Below are positions 8,093-18,308 of a DNA stretch of 64,000 nt, in pieces. This DNA is from an uncultured bacterium (GTDB taxonomy: Bacteria > Muiribacteriota > Ozemobacteria > Ozemobacterales > Ozemobacteraceae). The notes under the pieces are model-generated. The model did not search any database. It worked only from the letters and a program-made list of their open reading frames with translations, and had not been told where the DNA came from. Each line of letters starts with the position of its first letter. The stretch's first letter is position 1. The stretch lies in assembly GCA_946407375.1 (NCBI GenBank), contig CAMJNS010000001.1:5159-69158 (forward strand), given 5' to 3'. The position numbers and the translations under genes were made by a program.

Positions 8093-11000
8093 CTATTTAA
8101 GAACAGCTATTTTCAAAGTATACTTAGCTTTTTTGCCCCAATTATTAGGATCTCTTACTTCAATTCTAGCAATATATGCACCATTAGCTACTTTTTTGCC
8201 TTTTCTGTTGCAAAGATCCCAACGAGCTTCGTAAACAAATGAATTCCCTTCGACTCTTGTAGCTTGCCTCATATCAATATTTCTAGCATCTGCTACAAGG
8301 TGTCCGGCAACATCATATATTTTCACACTTACTTCATCGGCATTTATCTGACTTCCTCTTACCTTAAATCTAATTTTTGAATAATTTTTTGCAGGATTTG
8401 GATAGCTAGATACATCTTCAATAACAAGAGGAACTATTGCCTGGAATCTACCTGCAACTATTGCGGCTCTATTACCAGCTAAGTCTGATATATTCAAGCT
8501 CAATTCGTGTTCACCAGAATGTAGAACAGGAGGTGTAAATTTAGCAACAGTTCCATCTTTGCTAATAATTACATCATATTCTTTGCCATCCATAACAGCT
8601 TTTACGCTGTCTCTATCTAATCCGGAAGCAAATTCTGATATATTCCAAGTAAATACAGGCTTAGTAGTCCTGATTGTCTTGGTAAGATCATTTTCTATCG
8701 AAGCTCTAGGAGCCATTTTGTCTTGCATCAAAGCAAATAGACTACCATCTTTTGTTGAGAATCTAGCAGTTCCACTAGCAAGAGTTGTCTTTAACAATTT
8801 CCAAGAATTATTAGAATATTCATAAAGACCAACAGTCTTATTTGATAGTTGTTCATTAGTCATTTTAAATCCTATATTAACAGATTTGGTCAATCTGTTA
8901 CTTGGAATGACCAGCTTGTAACCATCACTATATGGAACTAATTCTTGAACGGCTTTATCTGATTCACTGCTTATATCAATGCTAGCTCTGAGAGAAGTCT
9001 TAACTTCATTATTCATTCCATCCATTACTTCTGGCATAATAGAAGCTTTTGTTGTATCAGAAGCATTTTCAACTTTAATAAGCTTTTCTGTAAGCAACAT
9101 AATGGTTGAATTTGATTTTAATGAACCCTTTTCAAAGACAACAGTTGCAACTTTATCGGCAGAAACAATAGAAGCTCTTGAAGAAGCACTTACATAAGCT
9201 GTAGTAAAGCTGTAATTTGCAGTTCCTTCATTATTAGAAAGGTCACTTGCCACAACTTTAATTGTTGCTACACCTGCATAATTTGGATCAAGATGATAAC
9301 CACCTGTAAATATTCTGTTATTACCTGTAGCAGATAATTGAATACTATTTGCAACGGTTCCTGTTTGACTAATTATTGCTGTTGGTAAACCAGAAATATC
9401 TTCATTTGACTTAACAGCAACAACAATATCTCTTTCGTTACCAGGAGTACTAAATGCTGTAACTGTTAAAACAGGAGGTGTAATATCACGACCTTCAAAA
9501 GTAACAGAAGTATCACTCTTATTACCCGATAAGTCTTTAACGCCCTTAATCGTAAGAGTATAATTTGTTCCTTCTCCAATATCACTAGAAGAAGTTATTG
9601 TAACAGACTTGTTATCTGTTCTCAGTATTACTGAAGTTATAGGAATTTCTGAAGAACCTACAGCAAGTTTATAATTAGCAACACTAATGGCCGTAGTTGG
9701 ATCTACTTGTTCGTCAAAAACAACATTAAATTGTTTTTGTGAAGACAAACCATCATATGTAATTGCTTCAATTACAGGTCCTCTTGTGTCGGCTGTAAAT
9801 TTTGCACTGTTATTTCCAGCAGTAATAGAATCACCATCTATACTCTTAACAGTATCAGCAGGAACTGTTACTGTATATACAACATTATGTTGAGTTACTG
9901 TTAATGCTGGTGTAATAGATGCCATTACAACAGATGGATCACTTGGGCTTAATGAAGCATTGGATATTTGTAATCCTGCCGGATTCACTGGTGTTATAGT
10001 ATAAGCAGCACCAATGGTAGTTGATTCAACAGCTTGACTAAATACCATTTTTATAGAATCAAGTCCGACTTGTTCAACTCCAGTTAAAGCAAATACGGAA
10101 CGAATCAAAGTTATATCCTTTGTTAATGAACCTTCATTGCCTGCTAAGTCTGTTATTTTAATAGTATAAGTACCGTCAGGAACTGGAGAACCATTATCAT
10201 CATTACCATCCCAAATAGCATACAAATCGCTACCTGTTTTTACGGTAAAGATTTCTCTGATAATAGTAGATCCTGACATAATTTTAACAACACCAGTTCC
10301 ATCATCTAAAGGATTATCAGCTACAGTAGCATCTGTAATCATAATCTTTATGTTATGTAATCTAGCATTAAATCTATCTATTCCAGGATCTCCAACAGGA
10401 GTATTGTCTGCAGTTACTTTTTGTATGGTTATGTTAGTAATAGTTGGTGCAGTTCTATCTATTACTAATGTAGCACTTGCCTTGCTTGAAGAATTCAACG
10501 GAACCCCAAGGTTACCTGCTGTATCTACCAAGTCAACTGTCCAACTACCATTCAAAGCTTCAGAAGTAATTACTGAACCATTACCGTCAAAAGCAATAGT
10601 ATATCCTGAATTACCAAATGAATTCATAACATAAGTATTTACAATATCATGTTGATCAGGATCTGGATTTTTTCTAGACAAACGCATTTTCATTGTCTGT
10701 CCTAAATCACCGGTAATTACATTAATTCTTGCAGAAGTCTGAGCTAATGGGCTAAAGTAAGCAACATTATTAATAGTTTTTAGATTCTGGAACTGCCATT
10801 CCACAACTTTTGGAGCAGCATTATCATATATTATTTGTCCATCTCTGCTTCCAGCATTTCCAGCTTCATCAAAGAATTTTACAAGATAAGTAATATTGTA
10901 ATTAGATGTTATTAAAGTGCCATCATCACGTCTACCATCCCATTCTGCATACCATTCGGTTGCACTAGAAGCCTGATAAGCAGTAAGTCTTCTTACCAAG

Positions 11001-14000
11001 GTTGAACCATCAACAGTATAAATTCGAACTTCACCAGTATCACCATCTGGAGGAGAGTCAAAGGTAAATGTTATTGTTGCAATACCTAAACCTTCACCAA
11101 TACCATTTGGATAAGTTATTGTATCTTCATTGTAATTTGAACTGACTGAAGGGCTGAATGGAACATTGCTTTGATAATCATCAGCAGAATTAGCTGTAGT
11201 ATACTGCAAAGTTTTCAGAGTAACAGTATTAATTGTCGGACCCTTTGAACGAACATCAACATAATCTGCTAAAGTGATTGAAGACAAAGCATTACCTGCT
11301 TCATCGTAACCGCCAGTAACGTTAAAGAATGCTCTTCCTTGAGTTGTATTACCGTCAAAAGCAGCAGCATTTAAAAATTCAGCTTCTGTTGCACTGACCC
11401 ATCTACTGAAGTTATAGGTCATTACAATTGATCCAGCCGAAGTAACAAGTTTTAAGCTAGGCAAAGAAGAAGGATTTGTGCTTTGGAGCATATTTTCATT
11501 GAAAGTTACAACTACTTTCATATTGTTCTTGGCAGTAACTCCAACAACATCATTTACAAGTGGATTACCTGAAATTGTTGAAGTTGCAGTAAGAACAAGA
11601 GGAGCACAGTTATCAAATTCCATTGGATAGCTTGCTACTTGATTAAATCCTGATGGATACGAAGTTCCTTCCATTTTTTTGCTTAAATCAAAAGCATAAG
11701 AAGCATTATCGCTATAACTCATTGTTGGTCTAAATATATCTGTAAAACCTTCTACATGAACGTATACTGGTTCTCGTTGGAAAGTTCCAGATTCAGACAA
11801 ACCACTATTAGCAAATCTAATATAAGTTCTATTAATACCACCCTGGTTATGTTCTCCCCATTCAATAAAAGTACCAGTGTCGAGAAGAGTATCACCATTC
11901 TGAGTAAATAATCTTAAAGTAGGTGTTATACTTCTTGAAATAGGAACTCTTATATTACTTGAGAGAGTTGCTGTTTCAAAGCTAACTTCATAAATAAATG
12001 AACTAGCATTATATCCTTTAAACAAAGTTCTTCCGGAAAGACCTTCAGTTACTGGAGTTAAAGCTACAGAACAAATCTTAGGTTCTGAGTAAGCTCCACC
12101 GTCTGGCATTGTAGTAATTAAAGGAGCTCCATTATTGTTAGAATCAGCAAAAGGTTCACTTAAATTACCCCAAAGATCAGTGAAAGCTCCGTTTTCACAT
12201 CTAAGATAAAATTTACCTGTTCCCCAAGTTAAAATGGTATTAAGTGCCGTATCTGTCAATGGAATACGAACTGTTGTTGATGCATAATCATTTAATACAG
12301 TATAACTGTTAGCACCAGAATTCCAATTAACCATTGCAGGAATACTTCCTGAAGTTCCCAAACAAATGTTTTCACCGGAACTAACACTTTCATTTGAACA
12401 AATATATATTCTAGACAAGTCAGCAGGCATTGTTTTGCCTATAACCAAACTAGTTGCTGAATAATTATCTAAGAATAATCTTGCTCTTCTATTATTGAAG
12501 TGAATAGTCAATATAGGTGTTGAACTACTCAAATCAAGACTTACATCTGATGTAATAGAGAAAGGAGTTGTTAATGGAGTTAAGTCACCTATTATTGCAT
12601 AGCCTGGCAATATTGTATTAACTCTATTACCATTTGTATCTCTAATAAATGGAGGAGGATCAAATTCTGAATCGCTTATTTGCAAACGTATCTGATTAGC
12701 TCTGTTTCCATAAGTCAAAGCTATCCAATCTTTAGCTTCTTGAGATAATTTAATACCCAAAGAATAAGCATTACAACTTGAAGTATTATAAGTGTCACCC
12801 AAATCAAAAGTATCAGTACCTGGTTGCATTCTATAACGAGCATTCCACAATTCTGACTGAGTTGAAGTGTTATACCATATAGCTAGTTTGCTTATAGATT
12901 CTTCTGTTAATGTGCTCTTATCCATTGGCTTATCAAAGGTCAAATGTAGATAATCGCCATCAATATTAGTAGAAGCTGCATTATAACGACCACTGATAAG
13001 ATTTGGTCTTTCATAATAACTTGTAGTAGAGGTGATTTCCATTGGAGAACCTCTCAATACTGGAACTATCCAGTTATTAGCAACATCTACTCCAAGTCCA
13101 TTAGGATTATAATTAGCATCTGTAGTTTCTATAATCTGTCCTGGTTCATCATCTTTGCTAGCAATAGAGAAGTAAAGTGTTGTTTCACCCCAGTCTGCTA
13201 TTTTACCCTTTGAGGTAGTGCTTAACATGATGTAAACAGTATCAGTATTATAAGTAGTCGGAGAAATCTTGTCATAATCCTCTGGATCTGCAGAAAGAGG
13301 TGTTGAAGAAAGACTAATTGCAGTGCCCTGAGCCACATCTACATTTTTATGTAGACTCTTAACTCCAGAAACATTTGCTCTACCTATTCTTATATTGTCA
13401 AGATCAATTGTGGTAGGTTGAACTTCTTCTGAAAACTTTATGGTAAGCATTGCACCATCATAAGCCAAACTTTCAACAGTAGGTCTCTTTGTGTCTACAC
13501 CTAATGGAAAAGCAACGTCTTCAACGAAATTTTTATTACCAGCACCATCAACAACCCAGATTTTAAAGCTATAACTACCTAAATCAACTTCTGAAGTTGG
13601 AACAAAGTGATTATATCTATCTGTATAAGTTGTTCCAGCAACCGTTTCAAAAATAGTACAATTCACTCCTGTAGCAGGTCTAATCAAATATGTTGAAGTT
13701 GCATCTATTGGAGATAAATCAATATAAGCATAACCTTTACCAACAGAAGCATTAATACCTTCTGTTAAAGTAACCCTAACATGGATAGAGTCTGTAGCGA
13801 CACCATTCCATACGTTTACTCCAGACCAGCCATCTGAATTTACATCTACTCTATCTATATAGGTATCGATGTGAGAAGTGCTGATTTGCGGAGGTTTATT
13901 ATCCATTTTTATTTGAGGTGCAGGAGTTACTAAAGTTGAAGTAGCTGTATTATCTGCATCATCTGTTGCATAAACTCTTATTTTAACAATCTCTTCATTG

Positions 14001-17000
14001 ATAAAACGCCATTCATTTTCACCAACATCTTCTCCTGTTTTTCTTGTTCCTGTTGCAACATTAAATTGTCCAGTCCATATATCGGTTCCTGTTGAGCGAA
14101 CTAATGGAACAAAACCTAACACTTCACCACTATTTGGCATATAAAGAATTGCTGTAGCAGAAGCAAAATCATCAAAATTCTTTATTTCAGCTTGAACTTC
14201 CATTAAATCGCCAATATTAGCAGTATAAGAAGATATATTATCTCCATTTTCTTCAAGAATATTGAATTTAATGGTTGAACTAACTACTAATGGAACTTTT
14301 GTATCTACAGGAAATTCACCAGTTACAGTAGTTGTAAACATGGTTTCTGTATTTGAATCAGGGTGCAAGACTCTTATCATAAAGTCGATACTATCCGCAT
14401 CAGTTCCACGATTTGCTTTTGTTGTTGCAGAGGCAACAAATTCGCTAGTATATAGATATGGGTTATTGGTATCACCATCCCAAGTCATTTCAACCCAACA
14501 ACGTCTTTCAGGATGTTCAACTTCTCCTGTGTAAAACAAATTACTGTCGGAATCAGTAATACCGCCAATATCAATTACAACTTTTGTCGGAGGAGTATTA
14601 TGATCTTCAAAAGCTCCATCTAGATTACAACTAATTCTGACAGTATCGCCAGGATTAAGGATACCATTTGAATTTAAATCATCAATTATTGTAACAGAAG
14701 GGAAATTAACAGTTGGAATCTTAGAAATAAAACGAATTTCTGTCGTTTCGCCAACAGTCATATTTCCTGAAGAATCTTTTGCAATAATAGCTAGTTTATT
14801 CTTAGACAATAAACCTTCTGGAACAGTAAAAACAGCAGAATACTTGTTGCTTCCTGTTACGTTTTCCATAACAACTCCACCAGGAGGTTCCATATTGTTA
14901 TCAGAATATAATTTAGTAAAATCTAATAATGGAGATAATCCATCATTACCTGTTACATTTGCTTCTATCTTTAAAACATCATTTTTATTAGCTTCACCTT
15001 TGCGTCCTGTATCATAATTAAAAGTTACAGGTGATACAATGATTTCAGGTGGCTTATTATCTACGTTTATACTATTGGAAGTAGTTTCAATGGTCTGATT
15101 ACCATTAGCATCAGTTACTGTTACAGTAAGAGCTACTGGTTCATTGTTTGTTGAACCTTTCTTTGGCTGAATAATAGCTTCTGCCTTATAACCGCTTACA
15201 GAACTAATAACTGGCACTGATGATGCAGTATTATTATAGCCATATTTTGTCAAATCAACAGTAACACTAGCATTATCAGATAATTCTACTGTCAATGTTA
15301 CTGAATCTGTAGCATAAACAGGTGCAACAACAAATGAACCATCTAAATCTACTATTGAATTGCCATTTGTATCAGTAGTTTGAGTATAAGTCAGACTATT
15401 AATTTTTACAGGGCAATTATCTACAAAGTATGTTCTAGGAGCATTCTTTTCTACGAAGTTCCCTGCGTCATCTGTTATTTTAACTTTGAAAAGAACATCT
15501 TCACCATCTGTAGTTCCTTCTTCTACAGTATATGTATAAGACCATTGATTGTCACCCATATCTTCTAACTTTTGAGCAACAGGTCCGCCTAATTTATTTA
15601 AATTAACCGTCACAGATGCATTATCAAAGGTTGAAGGGTCTACATCTACAGTAAATTTAACCTGGTCACCAACATTTATAACATTCGATTTACCTTTTTT
15701 GCTAATATGGTTTACGCTGAAATCATTACAAATAGGTCTTACACAGTCAACAACGAATGGAGAAGAAATACCACTCATTTTGTTTCCTGCTTTATCATAA
15801 ACATTTGCAGTAAAGACATAGCTTGGGTTTTCAACAGCAGCATCAGCACAGTCTACTACTAAATAATATCTATTTAATGCAGTATCAAAGCGATCATAAG
15901 GGATAATACAATTACTTGAACTACCGATAATGGAAAGATCCATATAACAATAGCCTTCATCGGCATCATCTACAGGAACAATAATTTCGATTCTATCCCC
16001 TATATTGATTACACCGGATTTTGGATTATCTGTAAGAAAATTAATACCTATAGGCCCTACAACTGGTTTTGAGTTGTCTATCTTAACCTGTATTGCCCTT
16101 GAAACAGTATTTCCTGCATTATCTTTTGCTACAGCACTAAAATTAGTTTCATAATTTAAAGTACCTGCAGGAACTTCAAAAGTATATGTATACCAACCAC
16201 CACTATAAACGAGCTCGGTATTATCACTCTGTCCACTAAACACAGACAAATCCATTGTAACTGTTTCTCTATCGTGAATTGTTGAAGTGGAACTAGCTAA
16301 CTGAACTTTGAAAGTAAGTATGTCACCAGCCTTAACATATTTATGAGTTGACGAAAGAGCTGGTGAAACAGTAAATGTCGCATTTAATATTAAAGGAGGT
16401 TCTGTATCTACCAACATATTACCTGTGGTAGTATTCGCAATATTTCCAGCATTATCTTGAGCATAAACAACAAAACTGAGAGATTGGTCTATACCACCTG
16501 GTAATAATGGGTTAATAGATTCACTAACAATATGGTCTAATCTGTATACTCCGCCAGAATATAAACTCAATTCTGCTTTTTCAGAGCCACCTATTTTACT
16601 AATATCTGCATAAACAGTACCATTATCATAATTGCTTACTGTTGCTTGAATAGCAATTTGATCTCCTAATTTTACAGGTTGTCCAGGGTTGGTAACATTT
16701 ATGAATTGTCCTGAAGTAACTGTTGGAGGAAAGTTATCAACATATATTACAGGCATTGTAACTTGAGTAATAATATTTCCAGCAACGTCTTTAGCAGTTA
16801 CAGTAAATGCTCTCGGAATATTATCTTCAGAAGTATATTGCCCTACGGTGTAATTTAATTTAAAAGTTGTAGTTCCAACAGTTGGAGATGTAGAACCATC
16901 ATTAAATGGAATAATTTGATTGGAAACCCCACCTATAGCAGAAAAATCAACAAACAGAGTAACATCCGACATAAGAGATGACATGTCACCATATATTTCA

Positions 17001-18118
17001 ATATTATCATCTATAATAGCTACATTAGATAATATACCTTTGACAGGTTCAGTAATTCTGATTGATAAAGTTCTAAATTCAGGTGGAAGAGTATCTAATC
17101 TTATAAAATTAGTAGTTTTTATAGTTTCATTTTCAGCATTGTCTTTTGCAATTATTTGAAAACTAGTAGAAACATGTGAAATATTTTCTTCTGTAACGTA
17201 ATGTGTGTATTCATAAACAGCACTATTTCCAATAGTATCACCAGCAACCTTTTCCATAGTTACGGGTCCACCAGGGAAAAGAAGAGAATTAGAGGCCAGA
17301 ACAGTATCGTCATCCCATTTACTTATTACTGCCTGAATTTTAATAGAATCGCCAACAGTAACATATTGTTTATTGGAAGTTAAATTAACTGCTGTTGCAG
17401 ACTGGATAACAGGAGGTATAGTATCATAATTAATGGCCGAAGACTGCCAAGTTACAGCATTTCCTGCATTATTTGATGCAGTTACAGGGAAACTTAAACT
17501 GGTTCCTTCTTTGTTGGCTGGCATAGGTACGGAACATTTAAAGGTATCACCTGTAACCCCCATATCAACATAACCTAATCCTAATGCTGTTAAATCGGCA
17601 TACATTATTTCGCCATTATTAGAACTATTCAATTTAAATGAAATTTCTAAGACATCATTTTTTCTAAAAGTTCCATCAGAGCAAGAACCTCTATTAGTAG
17701 CAGGTCGTCCATTGGCAGAAGGTCGTTTATTATTTAGAACAAAACCAGAGACAGCAGATTTAGTACGGTCTGAATCATCATCAAATACGAAAGTAACTCT
17801 ACTATCTACATTACCAGCACTAACAGTATATATGGCAGAAAACATATTAGGTCCAATACGCATTAAAGGAAGCTGGGTAAAACCTAAAGGTTGCAAAGTA
17901 GTTACGTAAACCGTATCTGTTGCGTGATCTGATTTACAAGTTAATGTGATAGTATCACCTATTCCAGCAATACCATCACCATTTGCATCAGAAGTTAACG
18001 CAACCGACTGATTGGTTACTTCAGCATAACCCGATGATGTAATCATTAATAGGAGAATTAGCAATAAAATGCTAAAACCCGAATAGAAAAATCTGTTTGT
18101 TACCTTAATGTTTGCCAT
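8093..18118 (-). CDS. Giant surface protein (3341 aa): signal peptide, ~25-30 tandem Ig/cadherin-like domains, T9SS-type C-terminal sorting domain.
   Basis: N-terminal signal peptide (FSILLLILLLMITSSGYA). Domain-boundary motifs recur about every 110 aa (VDNFPPTV, VDTEPPLI, IDNSKPVV, VDNKPPEI, MDNKPPQI, VDTKRPTV, IDRTAPTI, ADTRGPVI, RDITPPVL). C-terminus YPNPAKNYSKIRF...VKIYDVAGHLV...GAYIARIEV...YTLKIAVLK matches the Por/T9SS CTD. The last ~600 aa are paralogous to the next giant gene. Confidence 0.85.
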   Translation of the reverse strand: MANIKVTNRFFYSGFSILLLILLLMITSSGYAEVTNQSVALTSDANGDGIAGIGDTITLTCKSDHATDTVYVTTLQPLGFTQLPLMRIGPNMFSAIYTVSAGNVDSRVTFVFDDDSDRTKSAVSGFVLNNKRPSANGRPATNRGSCSDGTFRKNDVLEISFKLNSSNNGEIMYADLTALGLGYVDMGVTGDTFKCSVPMPANKEGTSLSFPVTASNNAGNAVTWQSSAINYDTIPPVIQSATAVNLTSNKQYVTVGDSIKIQAVISKWDDDTVLASNSLLFPGGPVTMEKVAGDTIGNSAVYEYTHYVTEENISHVSTSFQIIAKDNAENETIKTTNFIRLDTLPPEFRTLSIRITEPVKGILSNVAIIDDNIEIYGDMSSLMSDVTLFVDFSAIGGVSNQIIPFNDGSTSPTVGTTTFKLNYTVGQYTSEDNIPRAFTVTAKDVAGNIITQVTMPVIYVDNFPPTVTSGQFINVTNPGQPVKLGDQIAIQATVSNYDNGTVYADISKIGGSEKAELSLYSGGVYRLDHIVSESINPLLPGGIDQSLSFVVYAQDNAGNIANTTTGNMLVDTEPPLILNATFTVSPALSSTHKYVKAGDILTFKVQLASSTSTIHDRETVTMDLSVFSGQSDNTELVYSGGWYTYTFEVPAGTLNYETNFSAVAKDNAGNTVSRAIQVKIDNSKPVVGPIGINFLTDNPKSGVINIGDRIEIIVPVDDADEGYCYMDLSIIGSSSNCIIPYDRFDTALNRYYLVVDCADAAVENPSYVFTANVYDKAGNKMSGISSPFVVDCVRPICNDFSVNHISKKGKSNVINVGDQVKFTVDVDPSTFDNASVTVNLNKLGGPVAQKLEDMGDNQWSYTYTVEEGTTDGEDVLFKVKITDDAGNFVEKNAPRTYFVDNCPVKINSLTYTQTTDTNGNSIVDLDGSFVVAPVYATDSVTLTVELSDNASVTVDLTKYGYNNTASSVPVISSVSGYKAEAIIQPKKGSTNNEPVALTVTVTDANGNQTIETTSNSINVDNKPPEIIVSPVTFNYDTGRKGEANKNDVLKIEANVTGNDGLSPLLDFTKLYSDNNMEPPGGVVMENVTGSNKYSAVFTVPEGLLSKNKLAIIAKDSSGNMTVGETTEIRFISKIPTVNFPSVTIIDDLNSNGILNPGDTVRISCNLDGAFEDHNTPPTKVVIDIGGITDSDSNLFYTGEVEHPERRCWVEMTWDGDTNNPYLYTSEFVASATTKANRGTDADSIDFMIRVLHPDSNTETMFTTTVTGEFPVDTKVPLVVSSTIKFNILEENGDNISSYTANIGDLMEVQAEIKNFDDFASATAILYMPNSGEVLGFVPLVRSTGTDIWTGQFNVATGTRKTGEDVGENEWRFINEEIVKIRVYATDDADNTATSTLVTPAPQIKMDNKPPQISTSHIDTYIDRVDVNSDGWSGVNVWNGVATDSIHVRVTLTEGINASVGKGYAYIDLSPIDATSTYLIRPATGVNCTIFETVAGTTYTDRYNHFVPTSEVDLGSYSFKIWVVDGAGNKNFVEDVAFPLGVDTKRPTVESLAYDGAMLTIKFSEEVQPTTIDLDNIRIGRANVSGVKSLHKNVDVAQGTAISLSSTPLSADPEDYDKISPTTYNTDTVYIMLSTTSKGKIADWGETTLYFSIASKDDEPGQIIETTDANYNPNGLGVDVANNWIVPVLRGSPMEITSTTSYYERPNLISGRYNAASTNIDGDYLHLTFDKPMDKSTLTEESISKLAIWYNTSTQSELWNARYRMQPGTDTFDLGDTYNTSSCNAYSLGIKLSQEAKDWIALTYGNRANQIRLQISDSEFDPPPFIRDTNGNRVNTILPGYAIIGDLTPLTTPFSITSDVSLDLSSSTPILTIHFNNRRARLFLDNYSATSLVIGKTMPADLSRIYICSNESVSSGENICLGTSGSIPAMVNWNSGANSYTVLNDYASTTVRIPLTDTALNTILTWGTGKFYLRCENGAFTDLWGNLSEPFADSNNNGAPLITTMPDGGAYSEPKICSVALTPVTEGLSGRTLFKGYNASSFIYEVSFETATLSSNIRVPISRSITPTLRLFTQNGDTLLDTGTFIEWGEHNQGGINRTYIRFANSGLSESGTFQREPVYVHVEGFTDIFRPTMSYSDNASYAFDLSKKMEGTSYPSGFNQVASYPMEFDNCAPLVLTATSTISGNPLVNDVVGVTAKNNMKVVVTFNENMLQSTNPSSLPSLKLVTSAGSIVMTYNFSRWVSATEAEFLNAAAFDGNTTQGRAFFNVTGGYDEAGNALSSITLADYVDVRSKGPTINTVTLKTLQYTTANSADDYQSNVPFSPSVSSNYNEDTITYPNGIGEGLGIATITFTFDSPPDGDTGEVRIYTVDGSTLVRRLTAYQASSATEWYAEWDGRRDDGTLITSNYNITYLVKFFDEAGNAGSRDGQIIYDNAAPKVVEWQFQNLKTINNVAYFSPLAQTSARINVITGDLGQTMKMRLSRKNPDPDQHDIVNTYVMNSFGNSGYTIAFDGNGSVITSEALNGSWTVDLVDTAGNLGVPLNSSSKASATLVIDRTAPTITNITIQKVTADNTPVGDPGIDRFNARLHNIKIMITDATVADNPLDDGTGVVKIMSGSTIIREIFTVKTGSDLYAIWDGNDDNGSPVPDGTYTIKITDLAGNEGSLTKDITLIRSVFALTGVEQVGLDSIKMVFSQAVESTTIGAAYTITPVNPAGLQISNASLSPSDPSVVMASITPALTVTQHNVVYTVTVPADTVKSIDGDSITAGNNSAKFTADTRGPVIEAITYDGLSSQKQFNVVFDEQVDPTTAISVANYKLAVGSSEIPITSVILRTDNKSVTITSSSDIGEGTNYTLTIKGVKDLSGNKSDTSVTFEGRDITPPVLTVTAFSTPGNERDIVVAVKSNEDISGLPTAIISQTGTVANSIQLSATGNNRIFTGGYHLDPNYAGVATIKVVASDLSNNEGTANYSFTTAYVSASSRASIVSADKVATVVFEKGSLKSNSTIMLLTEKLIKVENASDTTKASIMPEVMDGMNNEVKTSLRASIDISSESDKAVQELVPYSDGYKLVIPSNRLTKSVNIGFKMTNEQLSNKTVGLYEYSNNSWKLLKTTLASGTARFSTKDGSLFALMQDKMAPRASIENDLTKTIRTTKPVFTWNISEFASGLDRDSVKAVMDGKEYDVIISKDGTVAKFTPPVLHSGEHELSLNISDLAGNRAAIVAGRFQAIVPLVIEDVSSYPNPAKNYSKIRFKVRGSQINADEVSVKIYDVAGHLVADARNIDMRQATRVEGNSFVYEARWDLCNRKGKKVANGAYIARIEVRDPNNWGKKAKYTLKIAVLK

Positions 18119-18240
18119 ACTTATCTATTTCTCCTGTGGAGCCTTTATAGTTCCAAGTTTTTATTTACAAGACAAAAGCGTGCACAACAATATATAATGT
18201 GCACAGTATATTTTACTATAACATTAAATGTTTATAAAAA

Positions 18241-18300
18241 AAATACCTCGTGCATAATTTTTTATATTTTTTTATGCACGAGGTATTTTTTTTCTTTTTT
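18241..18300. terminator. Rho-independent terminator (bidirectional hairpin) downstream of lipoprotein gene 18309..19118.
   Basis: Perfect 13-bp inverted repeat atacctcgtgcat ... atgcacgaggtat, flanked by A-run and T-run. Confidence 0.65.
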
Positions 18301-18308
18301 TCTTTTTT

